DNA of 64,000 nucleotides. Origin: Escherichia coli (lineage in GTDB: Bacteria; Pseudomonadota; Gammaproteobacteria; Enterobacterales; Enterobacteriaceae). Numbering within the stretch: position 1 is the stretch's first letter; each line of letters starts with the position of its first letter. A program made the translations under genes and the position numbers. The notes under the pieces are model-generated. The model was not told the origin of the DNA. It searched no databases and saw only the letters and a list, made by a program, of their open reading frames with translations. The stretch lies in assembly GCF_041248615.1 (NCBI RefSeq), contig NZ_CP158426.1; one strand, 5' to 3'. Positions 36,726 to 49,207 of the stretch are shown here, in pieces.

Positions 36726-39700
36726 AAATTCTCAGCCTGCGCCTGAAAAACCTGAACTCATTAAAAGGCGAATGGAAGATTGATTTCACCCGCGAGCCGT
36801 TCGCCAGCAACGGGCTGTTTGCCATTACCGGCCCAACCGGTGCGGGGAAAACCACCCTGCTGGACGCCATTTGTCTGGCGCTGTATCACGAAACTCCGCG
36901 CCTTTCTAACGTTTCACAATCGCAAAATGATCTCATGACCCGCGATACCGCCGAATGTCTGGCGGAGGTGGAGTTTGAAGTGAAAGGTGAAGCGTATCGC
37001 GCGTTCTGGAGCCAGAATCGGGCGCGTAACCAGCCGGACGGTAATTTGCAGGTGCCACGCGTAGAGCTGGCGCGCTGCGCCGATGGCAAAATTCTCGCCG
37101 ACAAAGTGAAAGATAAGCTGGAACTGACGGCGACGTTAACCGGACTGGATTACGGGCGCTTCACCCGTTCGATGCTGCTTTCGCAGGGGCAATTTGCTGC
37201 CTTCCTGAATGCCAAACCCAAAGAACGCGCGGAATTGCTCGAGGAGTTAACCGGCACTGAAATCTACGGACAAATCTCGTCGATGGTGTTTGAGCAGCAC
37301 AAATCGGCCCGCACAGAGCTGGAGAAGCTGCAAGCGCAGGCCAGCGGCGTCGCGTTGCTCATGCCAGAACAAGTGCAATCGCTGACAGAAAGTTTGCAGG
37401 TACTCACTGACGAAGAAAAACAGTTACTTACCGCGCAGCAGCAAGAACAACAATCGCTAAACTGGTTAACGCGTCTGGACGAATTGCAGCAAGAAGCCAG
37501 CCGCCGTCAACAGGCCTTGCAACAGGCGTTAGCCGAAGAAGAAAAAGCGCAACCTCAACTGGCGGCGCTCAGTCTGGCCCAACCGGCACGAAATCTTCGT
37601 CCGCACTGGGAACGCATCGCAGAACACAGCGCGGCGCTGGCGCATACTCGCCAGCAGATTAAAGAAGTAAATACTCGCTTACAGAGCACAATGGCGCTTC
37701 GCGCGAGCATTCGCCACCACGCGGCGAAGCAGTCAGCAGAATTACAGCAGCAGCAACAAAGCCTGAATGCCTGGCTACAGGAACACGACCGCTTCCGTCA
37801 GTGGAACAACGAACTGGCGGGTTGGCGTGCGAAGTTCTCCCAACAAACCAGCGATCGCGAGCATCTGCGGCAATGGCAGCAACAGTTAACCCATGCTGAG
37901 CAAAAACTTAATGCGCTTGCGGCGATCACATTGACGTTATCCGCCGATGAAGTTGCTAGCGCCCTGGCGCAACATGCTGAGCAACGCACGCTGCGTCAGC
38001 GCCTGGTCGCGCTGCATGGACAGATTGTTCCCCAACAAAAACGCCTGGCGCAATTACAGGTCGCTATCCAGAATGTCACGCAAGAACAGACGCAACGTAA
38101 CGCCGCACTTAACGAAATGCGCCAGCGTTATAAAGAAAAGACGCAGCAACTTGCCGATGTCAAAACCATTTGCGAGCAGGAAGCGCGTATTAAAACGCTG
38201 GAAGCCCAGCGCGCGCAGTTACAGGCGGGTCAGCCTTGTCCACTTTGTGGTTCCACCAGCCACCCGGCGGTCGAGGCGTATCAGGCGCTGGAACCGGGCG
38301 TTAATCAGGCCCGGCTATTAACGCTGGAAAAAGAAGTGAAAAAGCTCGGCGAAGAAGGTGCGGCGCTACGTGGGCAACTGGATGCATTAACGAAGCAGCT
38401 TCAGCGCGATGAAAACGAAGCGCAAAGCCTCCGACAAGATGAGCAAGCACTTACTCAACAATGGCAAGCCGTCACGGCCAGCCTCAATATCACCCTGCAG
38501 CCACAGGACGATATTCAACCGTGGCTAGATGAACAAGATGAGCACGAACGCCAGCTGCGGTTACTCAACCAACGGCATGAATTACAAGGGCAGATTGCCG
38601 CGCATAATCAGCAAATTATCCAGTATCAACAGCAAATTGAACAACGCCAGCAGCAACTCTTAACGGCATTGGCGGGTTATGCACTGACATTGCCACAGGA
38701 AGGTGAAGAAGAGAGCTGGTTGGCGACGCGTCAGCAAGAAGCGCAGAGCTGGCAGCAACGCCAGAACGAATTAACCGCGCTGCAAAACCGTATGCAGCAG
38801 CTGACGCCGATTCTGGAAACGTTGCCGCAAAGTGATGAACTCCCACACAGCGAAGAAACTGTGGCGCTGGAAAACTGGCGGCAGGTTCATGAACAATGTC
38901 TCGCATTACACAGCCAGCAGCAGACGTTACAGCAACAGGATGTTCTGGCGGCGCAAAGTCTGCAAAAAGCCCAGGCGCAGTTTGACACCGCGCTACAGGC
39001 CAGCGTCTTTGACGATCAGCAGGCGTTCCTTGCGGCGCTAATGAATGAACAAACACTAACCCAACTGGAACAGCTCAAGCAGAATCTGGAAAACCAGCGC
39101 CGTCAGGCGCAAACGCTGGTCACTCAGACAGCTGAAACGCTGGCACAGCATCAGCAACACCGACCTGACGGGTTGGCTCTCACTGTAACGGTGGAGCAGA
39201 TTCAGCAAGAGTTAGCGCAAACTCACCAAAAGTTGCGTGAAAACACCACCAGTCAGGGCGAGATTCGCCAGCAGCTGAAGCAGGATGCAGATAACCGTCA
39301 GCAACAACAGACCTTAATGCAGCAAATTGCTCAAATGACGCAGCAGGTTGAGGACTGGGGATATCTGAATTCGCTAATAGGTTCCAAAGAGGGCGATAAA
39401 TTCCGCAAGTTTGCCCAAGGACTGACGCTGGATAATTTAGTCCATCTCGCTAATCAGCAACTTACCCGGCTGCACGGGCGCTATCTGTTACAGCGCAAAG
39501 CCAGCGAGGCGCTGGAAGTCGAGGTTGTTGATACCTGGCAGGCAGATGCGGTACGCGATACCCGTACCCTTTCCGGTGGCGAGAGTTTCCTCGTCAGTCT
39601 GGCGCTGGCACTGGCGCTTTCAGATCTGGTCAGCCATAAAACGCGTATTGACTCGCTGTTCCTTGATGAAGGTTTTGGCACGCTGGATAGCGAAACGCTG

Positions 39701-39865
39701 GATACCGCCCTTGATGCGCTGGATGCCCTGAACGCCAGTGGCAAAACCATTGGTGTGATTAGCCACGTAGAAGCGATGAAAGAGCGTATTCCGGTGCAGA
39801 TCAAAGTGAAAAAGATCAACGGCCTGGGCTACAGCAAACTGGAAAGTACGTTTGCAGTGAAATAA
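36722..39865 (+). CDS. sbcC: nuclease SbcCD subunit C
   Basis: 1047-aa product; Walker [10 protein letters not shown]; long Q-rich coiled coil; zinc hook CPLCGS; C-terminal signature/Walker B region ([17 protein letters not shown]...[11 protein letters not shown]); ATGA overlap with sbcD. Confidence 0.95.
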
Positions 39866-39990
39866 CTATTCAGCAGGATAATGAATACAGAGGGGCGAAT
39901 TATCTCTTGGCCTTGCTGGTCGTTATCCTGCAAGCTATCACTTTATTGGCTACGGTGATTGGTAGCCGTTCTGGTGGTTGTGATGGTGGT

Positions 39991-41175
39991 ATGAAAAAAG
40001 TCATTTTATCTTTGGCTCTGGGCACGTTTGGTTTGGGGATGGCCGAATTTGGCATTATGGGCGTGCTCACGGAGCTGGCGCATAACGTAGGAATTTCGAT
40101 TCCTGCTGCCGGGCATATGATCTCGTATTATGCGCTGGGGGTGGTGGTCGGTGCGCCAATCATCGCCCTCTTTTCCAGTCGCTACTCGCTCAAACATATC
40201 TTGTTGTTTCTGGTGGCGTTGTGCGTCATTGGCAACGCCATGTTCACGCTCTCTTCGTCTTACCTGATGCTCGCCATTAGTCGGCTGGTTTCCGGCTTTC
40301 CGCATGGCGCATTTTTTGGCGTCGGCGCGATCGTGTTATCAAAAATTATCAAACCCGGCAAAGTCACCGCCGCCGTGGCGGGGATGGTTTCCGGGATGAC
40401 AGTCGCCAATTTGCTGGGCATTCCGCTGGGAACGTATTTAAGTCAGGAATTTAGCTGGCGTTACACCTTTTTATTGATCGCTGTTTTTAATATTGCGGTG
40501 ATGGCATCGGTCTATTTTTGGGTGCCGGATATTCGCGACGAAGCGAAAGGAAAGCTACGCGAACAATTTCACTTTTTACACAGCCCGGCCCCGTGGTTAA
40601 TTTTCGCCGCCACCATGTTTGGCAACGCAGGTGTATTTGCCTGGTTCAGCTACGTAAAGCCATACATGATGTTTATTTCCGGTTTTTCGGAAACGGCGAT
40701 GACCTTTATTATGATGTTAGTGGGGCTAGGGATGGTGCTGGGGAATGTGCTAAGTGGCCGGATTTCAGGACGTTATTCACCACTGCGCATTGCAGCAGTG
40801 ACTGACTTTATCATTGTACTGGCACTGCTGATGCTCTTTTTCTGCGGCGGCATGAAAATAACGTCGCTTATTTTTGCTTTTATTTGTTGCGCGGGATTAT
40901 TTGCCCTTTCAGCACCTCTGCAAATATTGTTACTGCAAAACGCCAAAGGCGGAGAGTTATTAGGTGCCGCAGGTGGGCAAATAGCGTTTAACCTCGGTAG
41001 CGCCGTCGGCGCATATTGCGGTGGTATGATGCTGACGCTGGGGCTGGCATATAATTACGTGGCGCTGCCTGCCGCCCTGCTTTCGTTTGCTGCGATGTCG
41101 TCGTTGCTGCTGTATGGTCGCTATAAGCGCCAGCAAGCGGCGGATGGTCCGGTGCTGGCGAAACCACTGGGGTAG
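39991..41175 (+). CDS. araJ: MFS transporter AraJ
   Basis: 394-aa product from ATG 39991 (MKKVILSLALGTFGLGMAEFGIMG...). Confidence 0.85.
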   Translation: MKKVILSLALGTFGLGMAEFGIMGVLTELAHNVGISIPAAGHMISYYALGVVVGAPIIALFSSRYSLKHILLFLVALCVIGNAMFTLSSSYLMLAISRLVSGFPHGAFFGVGAIVLSKIIKPGKVTAAVAGMVSGMTVANLLGIPLGTYLSQEFSWRYTFLLIAVFNIAVMASVYFWVPDIRDEAKGKLREQFHFLHSPAPWLIFAATMFGNAGVFAWFSYVKPYMMFISGFSETAMTFIMMLVGLGMVLGNVLSGRISGRYSPLRIAAVTDFIIVLALLMLFFCGGMKITSLIFAFICCAGLFALSAPLQILLLQNAKGGELLGAAGGQIAFNLGSAVGAYCGGMMLTLGLAYNYVALPAALLSFAAMSSLLLYGRYKRQQAADGPVLAKPLG

Positions 41176-41179
41176 ATTG

Positions 41180-41310
41180 CGGTCACGTTGCGCGTTGCTT
41201 ATTGCTGGATACGGCATGAACGCCTTATCCGCCCTACGCGGTTCTGGCACATTTTGTAGGCCTGATAAAACGCGGCAAGCGTCGCATCAGGCATGATGCG
41301 CCAATTGCCT
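41180..41310. repeat. REP/BIME cluster between araJ and mak
   Basis: ACGCCTTATCCGCCCTAC..., TGTAGGCCTGATAAAACGCGGCAAGCGTCGCATCAGGCA REP-like palindromes. Confidence 0.65.
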
Positions 41311-41317
41311 ACGTTTT

Positions 41318-42226
41318 TTACTCTTGTGGCCATAACCACGCAGCGCCGCGTACGCCGCTGGAATCACCGTGCTTCGCCTTACGCACCGGCGTTTCACATT
41401 CGCCGCCGAAGACAAATTGTTTAATCAACTGCGGAACCGTTTGATATAAACGGTCTACATTGCTCATCCCGCCCCCCAGGACAATCACATCCGGATCGAG
41501 AATATTCACGACATGTGCCAGCGATTTCGCCAGCCGCAGCTCGTAGCGACGCAATGCCAGTTCCGCTACCGGATCGCTTTCTTCAACCAGGCGGATAATT
41601 TCACTGCCTTTCAGCGCATGTCCGCTCAAACGACGATAATCCGTCGCGAATCCCGTGCCCGAAATAAAGGTTTCAATACAACCTTGTTTACCGCAATAAC
41701 AAGGGACTTCCTCGCGATAACGCAGTTCGTCTTCGTCCATCCACGGTAGCGGATTGTGTCCCCACTCACCTGCCGTGCCATTGCCGCCGATATGCGCCCG
41801 CCCATTGAATGCCACGCCCGCGCCGCATCCCGTGCCGATAATCACGGCAAATACCGTCTGCGCTCCCGCTGCCGCGCCATCTACCGCTTCTGAAACCGCC
41901 AGACAGTTGGCGTCATTTGCCAACCGTACTTCCCGCTGCAACCGCGCGCTTAAGTCTTTATCGAATGGCTGACCGTTGAGCCAGGTTGAATTGGCATTCT
42001 TCACCACACCGGTGTAGGGCGAAATCGAACCTGGAATGCCCATACCTACCGTTCCGCGCTGCCCTGTCGCCTGCTCCGCCATATCAACCAACGTGGCGAT
42101 CGTTTCAATAGTCTGCTGGTAATCATCACGCGGCGTGGGCAGACGATGGCGGTACAACTGCTCCCCTGCATCGCCCAGTGCAATCACTTCAGTTTTGGTG
42201 CCGCCTAAATCGATACCTATACGCAC
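41318..42226 (-). CDS. mak: fructokinase (manno/fructokinase) Mak
   Basis: 302-aa ROK-family product beginning (GTG) [13 protein letters not shown]... Confidence 0.85.
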   Translation of the reverse strand: MRIGIDLGGTKTEVIALGDAGEQLYRHRLPTPRDDYQQTIETIATLVDMAEQATGQRGTVGMGIPGSISPYTGVVKNANSTWLNGQPFDKDLSARLQREVRLANDANCLAVSEAVDGAAAGAQTVFAVIIGTGCGAGVAFNGRAHIGGNGTAGEWGHNPLPWMDEDELRYREEVPCYCGKQGCIETFISGTGFATDYRRLSGHALKGSEIIRLVEESDPVAELALRRYELRLAKSLAHVVNILDPDVIVLGGGMSNVDRLYQTVPQLIKQFVFGGECETPVRKAKHGDSSGVRGAAWLWPQE

Positions 42227-42350
42227 GGTACTCTCCTTATTTTTTTCAATATCAATAGCGTAGAGACGGACAACCGGATTGGCAATGCAAGGCCGCCGAC
42301 AATTCGTTATCATGCCCGCTAAATTTAACGACAAGGCCGTGGAAATTATC

Positions 42351-43262
42351 ATGCTGTGGTTCAAAAATTTAATGGTTTACCGTCTTAGCCGCGAGATTTC
42401 GCTGCGTGCAGAAGAGATGGAAAAACAGCTAGCCTCGATGGCATTTACCCCATGCGGCAGCCAGGACATGGCGAAGATGGGCTGGGTTCCTCCGATGGGA
42501 TCGCACAGCGATGCGTTAACGCACGTTGCCAATGGTCAAATTGTTATCTGCGCGCGCAAAGAAGAAAAAATCCTCCCGTCTCCGGTGATTAAACAGGCGC
42601 TGGAAGCGAAAATCTCCAAACTGGAAGCGGAACAGGCGCGTAAGCTGAAGAAAACCGAAAAAGATTCGCTGAAAGACGAAGTGCTGCATTCTCTGCTGCC
42701 GCGTGCTTTCAGCCGTTTTAGCCAGACAATGATGTGGATCGACACGGTTAACGGTTTGATTATGGTGGACTGCGCCAGTGCCAAAAAAGCGGAAGATACG
42801 CTGGCACTGCTGCGTAAAAGCCTGGGGTCGTTACCGGTTGTACCATTGAGCATGGAAAACCCGATTGAACTGACGCTGACCGAATGGGTACGTTCCGGCA
42901 GCGCGGCACAGGGCTTCCAGCTGCTTGATGAAGCCGAGCTGAAATCGTTGCTGGAAGATGGCGGCGTGATCCGCGCGAAGAAACAAGATCTGACCAGCGA
43001 AGAGATCACCAACCACATTGAAGCCGGAAAAGTGGTGACTAAACTGGCGCTCGACTGGCAGCAGCGCATTCAGTTTGTGATGTGCGACGATGGTTCGCTC
43101 AAGCGTCTGAAGTTCTGCGACGAGCTGCGCGATCAAAACGAAGATATCGACCGTGAAGATTTCGCCCAGCGTTTTGATGCCGATTTCATCCTGATGACTG
43201 GTGAACTGGCAGCGTTAATTCAAAACCTGATTGAAGGATTAGGTGGCGAAGCACAACGTTAA
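42351..43262 (+). CDS. rdgC: recombination-associated protein RdgC
   Basis: 303-aa product from ATG 42351 ([18 protein letters not shown]...). Confidence 0.9.
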   Translation: MLWFKNLMVYRLSREISLRAEEMEKQLASMAFTPCGSQDMAKMGWVPPMGSHSDALTHVANGQIVICARKEEKILPSPVIKQALEAKISKLEAEQARKLKKTEKDSLKDEVLHSLLPRAFSRFSQTMMWIDTVNGLIMVDCASAKKAEDTLALLRKSLGSLPVVPLSMENPIELTLTEWVRSGSAAQGFQLLDEAELKSLLEDGGVIRAKKQDLTSEEITNHIEAGKVVTKLALDWQQRIQFVMCDDGSLKRLKFCDELRDQNEDIDREDFAQRFDADFILMTGELAALIQNLIEGLGGEAQR

Positions 43263-43419
43263 TTGCTGATTTACCTTTAATGCCGGATGCGACGCCTGCC
43301 GCGTCTTATCCGGCGTGCGAAGCTACACCAGGCATATAATTATTCGCTACGGCGGGCAATAATTTTTAGCGCAGCAATATTATGCGTTTTATGCTGTAAC
43401 TTGCTCCAGGGGCGTTGTG

Positions 43420-43701
43420 TCATTGTTTTTCCTCAAGCCGGTGACGCGCTTCACTGCGAATTTTTCGCGTTGCCCCGGTTTTCACTAAATCACGTAACAG
43501 CGAAAGATCGGGTTGTTCGACAAATAAGAGTAATGATGGATCCTCTTTTAACCACGCCGTTTTCACATCGGCAGCCAGCTGTGAATTATTAATAGCCAGC
43601 GACCGCTCCTGAGGCTCAGTCAATGTCGTTAACAACAACACCGGGGTATGTGCGTTGTGCAATGCCGTTTGGCGCAAATGATCATTGCGACTTTGCAGCA
43701 A
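43420..43701 (-). CDS. small hypothetical protein (possibly YkiA)
   Basis: 93-aa ORF in the position where K-12 has a small gene between rdgC and ppnP; no independent support. Confidence 0.3.
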   Translation of the reverse strand: MLQSRNDHLRQTALHNAHTPVLLLTTLTEPQERSLAINNSQLAADVKTAWLKEDPSLLLFVEQPDLSLLRDLVKTGATRKIRSEARHRLEEKQ

Positions 43702-43908
43702 TGCACGCCACCATTCATCATCTGATTTATCTTTTATCGTCGCCAGTTCCGCAACAATATCTGGAGATCTTCGCTGATATTTATATCAACCTTGATGAAT
43801 TATGAATATATCGGAAATCGAAAAAATCCCAGCAAAGGAAATATTATTATGGGTTAAAGAGAGGACATTTCAGATAAATGCCCTCCCGTTCAAGGGGAAG
43901 GCGAGGAA

Positions 43909-44193
43909 TTACAGATAGCGGCACAGATAAGAGGTGGGTTCGGCAACTTGCAGATGAAACTCGCTGTGACCGGGAACATTAAACACCGAACCGGCTTCAT
44001 ACACTTGCCAGTCGGTCGCGTCAGGCAGTAACACATTCAGCGCGCCACTGATTACCGTCATCTCTTCAGGCTCAGCGGTGCTGAAGGTGTATTCACCTTC
44101 AACCATAACACCCACGCTGGCGCGACCAGTGCTGCTGCTGGAAAAGCCGATCGATTTCACTTTGCCGGAAAAGTACTCATTACTTTGAAGCAT
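43909..44193 (-). CDS. ppnP: pyrimidine/purine nucleoside phosphorylase PpnP (YaiE)
   Basis: 94-aa product [17 protein letters not shown]... Confidence 0.85.
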
Positions 44194-44264
44194 AAACTGG
44201 CCCTGTCTGGTAGTTGAACATCTACTTCACTATAGGGGCCAGAGGCGCTGGCTGTCACGCAAAA

Positions 44265-44942
44265 TTACATCAGTAATTCCGCAGCCAGCCGTGCAATCAA
44301 TACGTTAGAGAGCAAAACAGGAACATCGAGCTGTTTTTGCAGTAAATCGCGATGACGCTGGTTAAATCCCAAACAATCCAGCATGATGACATCTGCACCT
44401 TTTTCCAGTAATTCTTTTCCGGCATCAATGATTTTTTGTTCCGAATCATGAATGGGGTTACCCAATGAAAATACTGGCGGTTTCTGCAAAATTTGCCATT
44501 TTTGCGCCTGAACGGTCAGCAACTCCTCAACCGGAACGATAACCCCCACCTGATGATCTTCAACAATAGAAGAAACCAGCGGAGGCAATATTCGCGACGG
44601 CTCAAGAAAGATCGTATTACGCGCAGTCATACTACTAATGTTTGCTGTACTCATTAATAAAATGACGTCATAACCCTGATTATCGAGCACTTCAACCACA
44701 CCTTGCAGGTCACGCTCCACTTTGCGACGCGAAACATGGGCCAGCTGGTTGTCATTTAATAATGTGAGAATTGTGTCTTCGCCTGCTTCTGGCGCGTACT
44801 CCGCCATCACTTCTTCGCGGCTTAACTTCCCCAGCAGGCTATGATGGGAAATATTATCTTCGTCAATGTATTCTGTCAGGAGCGGCAAAACTTCCTGCAT
44901 AGGTACAATGCCGATGGTCAGGATCGCCAACGACGCACTCAT
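44265..44942 (-). CDS. aroM: protein AroM
   Basis: 225-aa product [22 protein letters not shown]...; downstream of aroL-yaiA. Confidence 0.85.
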   Translation of the reverse strand: MSASLAILTIGIVPMQEVLPLLTEYIDEDNISHHSLLGKLSREEVMAEYAPEAGEDTILTLLNDNQLAHVSRRKVERDLQGVVEVLDNQGYDVILLMSTANISSMTARNTIFLEPSRILPPLVSSIVEDHQVGVIVPVEELLTVQAQKWQILQKPPVFSLGNPIHDSEQKIIDAGKELLEKGADVIMLDCLGFNQRHRDLLQKQLDVPVLLSNVLIARLAAELLM

Positions 44943-45199
44943 TGTTCTTCCACCTTACTTTTATTTCGTCGTTAATTACCGGGCAAGCGCTAAGCACCAC
45001 TGCTGACACTTACCTGTGCTACAAATGACAAAAAGCGTAGCAGCAGACCTGCACGGCATAATGTAAAGATTCCAAATGATTCCAGTAATGGATTGTTATT
45101 GTTTAATATTCTAATTATTTGAAAAACATGAATTGTGAAAAATGTGACGCAGATCCCTTGTGGCGGCACTCAGAATCCCTTCCGAGCAGTCTGATGCGG

Positions 45200-45400
<201 letters not shown>

Positions 45401-45440
45401 TTATTTCACGGGATGAACGTTAAGTATAGGCGCTCGAAAA

Positions 45441-45965
45441 TCAACAATTGATCGTCTGTGCCAGGGCACTGCGAATTTCAGAAATCACCTGGCTGGGTTC
45501 GTTTGTTGCGTCGATGATAATATGCGCAACTTCGCGATATAGCGCATCGCGTTCTTCCAGCACTTCCTGAACTTCTTCGCTCAGCGGTTTCCCCGTTAAG
45601 GTTGGCCGTAAATCTTCTTCCGGTGCAGCTTGCAGTCGGTTAACCAGGACTGATACTGGCGCACACAAATAAACCACGATCCCGTTATTTTGCATAAAGT
45701 GACGATTAAATTCCGTCAGAATAATGCCGCCGCCCGTAGCGATAACGGTGGATGGCGCAGTTACCGCTTCCAGCGCCGCCGTTTCTCTGGCGCGGAATCC
45801 CGCCCACTCTTCCCTTTCGACGATCTCCGCGACCGTCATATTGAGCTGTGATTGCAACCACTGGTCGGTATCGACAAATCGACGGTTAAGCGAATCGGCA
45901 AGGGCCATTCCGACCGTTGTTTTACCACAGCCCCGAGGCCCGATCAGAAAAAGAGGTTGTGTCAT
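45441..45965 (-). CDS. aroL: shikimate kinase II
   Basis: 174-aa product; Walker [10 protein letters not shown]. Confidence 0.9.
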
Positions 45966-46128
45966 CGTGGGTTTTCCCCAATAGGTCGCAATGCGGCGAA
46001 AGCCGGTGTCATGAGAATAGCGATCATACCATCAAACTAGTACAATTTCGATTGTAAAGAAAAAATTCCACTTAAAGTGAAAATCTCGATACACCCCTTA
46101 CTATACCAATAAATATTCAAGAATGAAG

Positions 46129-46146
46129 TGTAAATAATAAATTACA
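46129..46146. promoter_or_regulatory. candidate TyrR box upstream of aroL
   Basis: TGTAAA-TAATAA-ATTACA, an 11/12 match to TGTAAA-N6-TTTACA; location relative to the aroL promoter not confirmed. Confidence 0.35.
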
Positions 46147-46147
46147 T

Positions 46148-46606
46148 TTAGCCACGACTACGTTGCACTTCCAGCCACCACTTCTCCAGCTCCGCGGCAA
46201 AGGCCTGGCGGTCACGTTGTGAAAGGCTATCTGGTCCCCCGGTCTGGATCCCACTGGCGCGTAAGGTATCCATAAAATCGCGCATCGTCAGGCGCTCACG
46301 AATGGTCGCTGGCGTGTAACGTTCGCCGCGTGGATTAAGCGCCGCCGCGCCTTTCTCGATGGCTTCAGCAGCCAAAGGAATATCTGCGGTGATCACCAAA
46401 TCGCCCGCTTCACACTGCCGGACAATTTCGTTATCGGCAACGTCGAAACCTGCCGCGACGCGCAGCGTACGAATAAATCGCGATGGCGGCACGCGTAAAC
46501 TCTGGTTTGCTACCAGTACCAGCGGCATCTGCATACGTTCCGCCGCGCGATACAAAATCTCTTTAATTACATTGGGACACGCGTCGGCATCCACCCAAAT
46601 TGTCAT
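46148..46606 (-). CDS. yaiI: UPF0178 protein YaiI
   Basis: 152-aa product [20 protein letters not shown]... Confidence 0.8.
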   Translation of the reverse strand: MTIWVDADACPNVIKEILYRAAERMQMPLVLVANQSLRVPPSRFIRTLRVAAGFDVADNEIVRQCEAGDLVITADIPLAAEAIEKGAAALNPRGERYTPATIRERLTMRDFMDTLRASGIQTGGPDSLSQRDRQAFAAELEKWWLEVQRSRG

Positions 46607-46725
46607 AAAGTCATCCTTTGTTGGGTAATCCTCTATTGTGTCGCGCTTTTGCCTTCCGGCATAGTTCTGTTTATGCTTCTGCCAGCGATTATCAAAACAA
46701 TGAATTTCACGGCAGGAGTGAGGCA

Positions 46726-47535
46726 ATGGAAAAGAAAATCGGTTTTATTGGCTGCGGCAATATGGGAAAAGCCATTCTCGGCGGTCTGATTGCCAGCGGT
46801 CAGGTGCTTCCAGGGCAAATCTGGGTATATACTCCCTCCCCGGATAAAGTCTCCGCCCTGCATGACCAGTTCGGCATCAACGCCGCAGAATCGGCGCAAG
46901 AAGTGGCGCAAATCGCCGACATCATTTTTGCCGCCGTTAAACCTGGCATCATGATTAAAGTGCTTAGCGAAATCACCTCCAGCCTGAATAAAGACTCTCT
47001 GGTCGTTTCTATTGCTGCAGGTATCACACTCGACCAGCTTGCCCGCGCGCTGGGCCATGACCGGAAAATTATCCGCGCCATGCCGAACACTCCCGCGCTG
47101 GTTAATGCCGGGATGACCTCCGTAACACCAAACGCGCTGGTAACCCCAGAAGATACCGCTGATGTGCTGAATATTTTCCGCTGCTTTGGCGAAGCGGAAG
47201 TAATTGCCGAGCCGATGATCCACCCGGTGGTCGGTGTGAGCGGTTCTTCGCCAGCCTACGTCTTTATGTTTATCGAAGCGATGGCCGACGCTGCCGTGCT
47301 GGGCGGGATGCCACGCGCCCAGGCGTATAAATTTGCCGCTCAGGCGGTAATGGGTTCCGCAAAAATGGTGCTGGAAACGGGAGAACATCCGGGGGCACTG
47401 AAAGATATGGTCTGCTCACCGGGAGGCACCACCATTGAGGCGGTACGCGTACTGGAAGAGAAAGGCTTCCGTGCCGCAGTGATCGAAGCGATGACGAAGT
47501 GTATGGAAAAATCAGAAAAACTCAGTAAATCCTGA
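46726..47535 (+). CDS. proC: pyrroline-5-carboxylate reductase
   Basis: 269-aa product from ATG 46726 ([20 protein letters not shown]...). Confidence 0.9.
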   Translation: MEKKIGFIGCGNMGKAILGGLIASGQVLPGQIWVYTPSPDKVSALHDQFGINAAESAQEVAQIADIIFAAVKPGIMIKVLSEITSSLNKDSLVVSIAAGITLDQLARALGHDRKIIRAMPNTPALVNAGMTSVTPNALVTPEDTADVLNIFRCFGEAEVIAEPMIHPVVGVSGSSPAYVFMFIEAMADAAVLGGMPRAQAYKFAAQAVMGSAKMVLETGEHPGALKDMVCSPGGTTIEAVRVLEEKGFRAAVIEAMTKCMEKSEKLSKS

Positions 47536-47551
47536 TGACTTTTGCCGGACG

Positions 47552-48667
47552 TCAGGCCGCCACTTCGGTGCGGTTACGTCCGGCTTTCTTTGCTTTGTAG
47601 AGCGCCAAATCTGCCGATTTCAACCACTCGCGATAGTGACTCATTTGTGGGTTCAGCGGCGCAACCCCCACACTAATCCGTAACATCACCTGCGGCGTAT
47701 TCGGCAGGCGTAACGTATTTAATCCTTCATGCACTCGTAACATGGCGGTAATGGCGCTCTCAGCTGGCGTACCGGACATGATTACCGCAAACTCATCGCC
47801 GCCAAACCGACCAATCACATCGCTACCGCGCAGGGTTATTTGTAATTGTCGGGTAAGCGCCACAATCGCTTCATCGCCCACATCATGGCCCCAGGTATCG
47901 TTGATGCTCTTGAAATGGTCGATATCGATAATCAGTAATGTCGCATCGCGGTTATGCCGCCGACAGTTATCAAATTCATTGCGTAACATAGTTTCCCAAT
48001 GACGTCGGTTATACACGCCCGTCATACCGTCGCGGGTACTCATGACCTGCAACCTGCGTTTATGTTCCGCCAGTTTAGTCGCCGTCTGGTAGCTGACCCA
48101 GCCAAACAGCAGAGGATAAATGACGATAATGGGAAGGGAGAGCCACCATTCCAGCGGCGCACTATTGAACGACACGGTGATGCCCGTCAGTTCAAGGGTG
48201 ACAAGACAGGAAACCACCATCAATACCAGACCCGCGACAAACAGACGGGGGCCGCCTGCCCCCATCAAATTCAGACACATAATCATCAACATCGCGGTGG
48301 AAGGCAGCACGTTTACGCCCATTACGCCTACCCACATTCCCGCTAATACTGCATCGGTTTTTAAGTTGTAAATTTCCCGGCTAAGCGGATCGACGGCCCT
48401 GCTCGCTATCTGCCAGGCTAAATGCGGCCAGACGAACGCCCAGCCGACCAACACCAGCCACCACCAGCCCGGCGGCGGGTGCGAAACCAGCGTTGAAGCA
48501 ATCGGTAAGAACATGCCAGCCAGGCCAACCGCGCGGGGTAGTCTGACGCGACGGGCGAAGCGCAGCCCGGATCGCTGATGTTCGTTTTGAGGAGTTAAAG
48601 GAGGTTCCTCCCCATGCGCCGCCGCTTTTTTGAAAAAGTTTTCATCATTCATTATTTTTGGGAACAT
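47552..48667 (-). CDS. dgcC: GGDEF diguanylate cyclase DgcC (AdrA/YaiC)
   Basis: 371-aa product; MASE-type membrane region and GGDEF motif (RFGGDEFAV). Confidence 0.85.
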   Translation of the reverse strand: MFPKIMNDENFFKKAAAHGEEPPLTPQNEHQRSGLRFARRVRLPRAVGLAGMFLPIASTLVSHPPPGWWWLVLVGWAFVWPHLAWQIASRAVDPLSREIYNLKTDAVLAGMWVGVMGVNVLPSTAMLMIMCLNLMGAGGPRLFVAGLVLMVVSCLVTLELTGITVSFNSAPLEWWLSLPIIVIYPLLFGWVSYQTATKLAEHKRRLQVMSTRDGMTGVYNRRHWETMLRNEFDNCRRHNRDATLLIIDIDHFKSINDTWGHDVGDEAIVALTRQLQITLRGSDVIGRFGGDEFAVIMSGTPAESAITAMLRVHEGLNTLRLPNTPQVMLRISVGVAPLNPQMSHYREWLKSADLALYKAKKAGRNRTEVAA

Positions 48668-48725
48668 TCAGAAACAATTTTCCCAAATTATAGAGACGGG
48701 GCTAAAGGCAGAAGTATGAAATTTC

Positions 48726-48753
48726 GGGTGAGCCATTTTCGTAGCTCACCCGT
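48726..48753 (-). terminator. hairpin after psiF
   Basis: stem CGGGTGAGC/GCTCACCCG with loop CATTTTCGTA, followed on the minus strand by AAATTTC. Confidence 0.5.
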
Positions 48754-48768
48754 TAGCACTATCAGGTA

Positions 48769-49089
48769 TCAGGCGGCTTTCTTGAGGCAGGCGCTCATAA
48801 ACTTATTACGATCATCACCTTTCAGAGATTGTTGCGTTGCTTGATTATTACATTCGCGCATCTTTTGCTGCTGTGGCGTCAAACTTTTTTCACCAGGCGC
48901 AGACTTGCTGTTCTTCAGGCAATCACTCATGTAGGTCTTACGAGCATCCCCTTTCAACGCCTGCGCCGTCGCCTGCTGATTACAGGAGGTCATACGCTGT
49001 TGTTGCGGGGTTAAGGTTCTCTCGGCAGCGCCGACGGTGGTTAAAAAAACCAGACCGAAAAGCAAGGTAACCAGTAATGTTATTTTCAT
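48769..49089 (-). CDS. psiF: phosphate starvation-inducible protein PsiF
   Basis: 106-aa product MKITLLVTLLFGLVFLTTVGA...; internal duplicated TPQQQ...C...QATQQ halves; immediately downstream of phoA. Confidence 0.85.
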   Translation of the reverse strand: MKITLLVTLLFGLVFLTTVGAAERTLTPQQQRMTSCNQQATAQALKGDARKTYMSDCLKNSKSAPGEKSLTPQQQKMRECNNQATQQSLKGDDRNKFMSACLKKAA

Positions 49090-49207
49090 AGCACCATCCC
49101 TCTTCATGTTTTAACCATGAGCGTATGCGCCCGTGATCTGCCATTAAGTCTGGTTGCTAACAGCAAAAAAACCACCCGGCAGCGAAAATTCACTGCCGGG
49201 CGCGGTT

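Noticed and set aside
37947-39056. Several ORFs within sbcC in other frames and strands
   Set aside because: sbcC is a single continuous 1047-codon frame; these are shadows of its repetitive Q/A/L-rich coiled-coil coding sequence.
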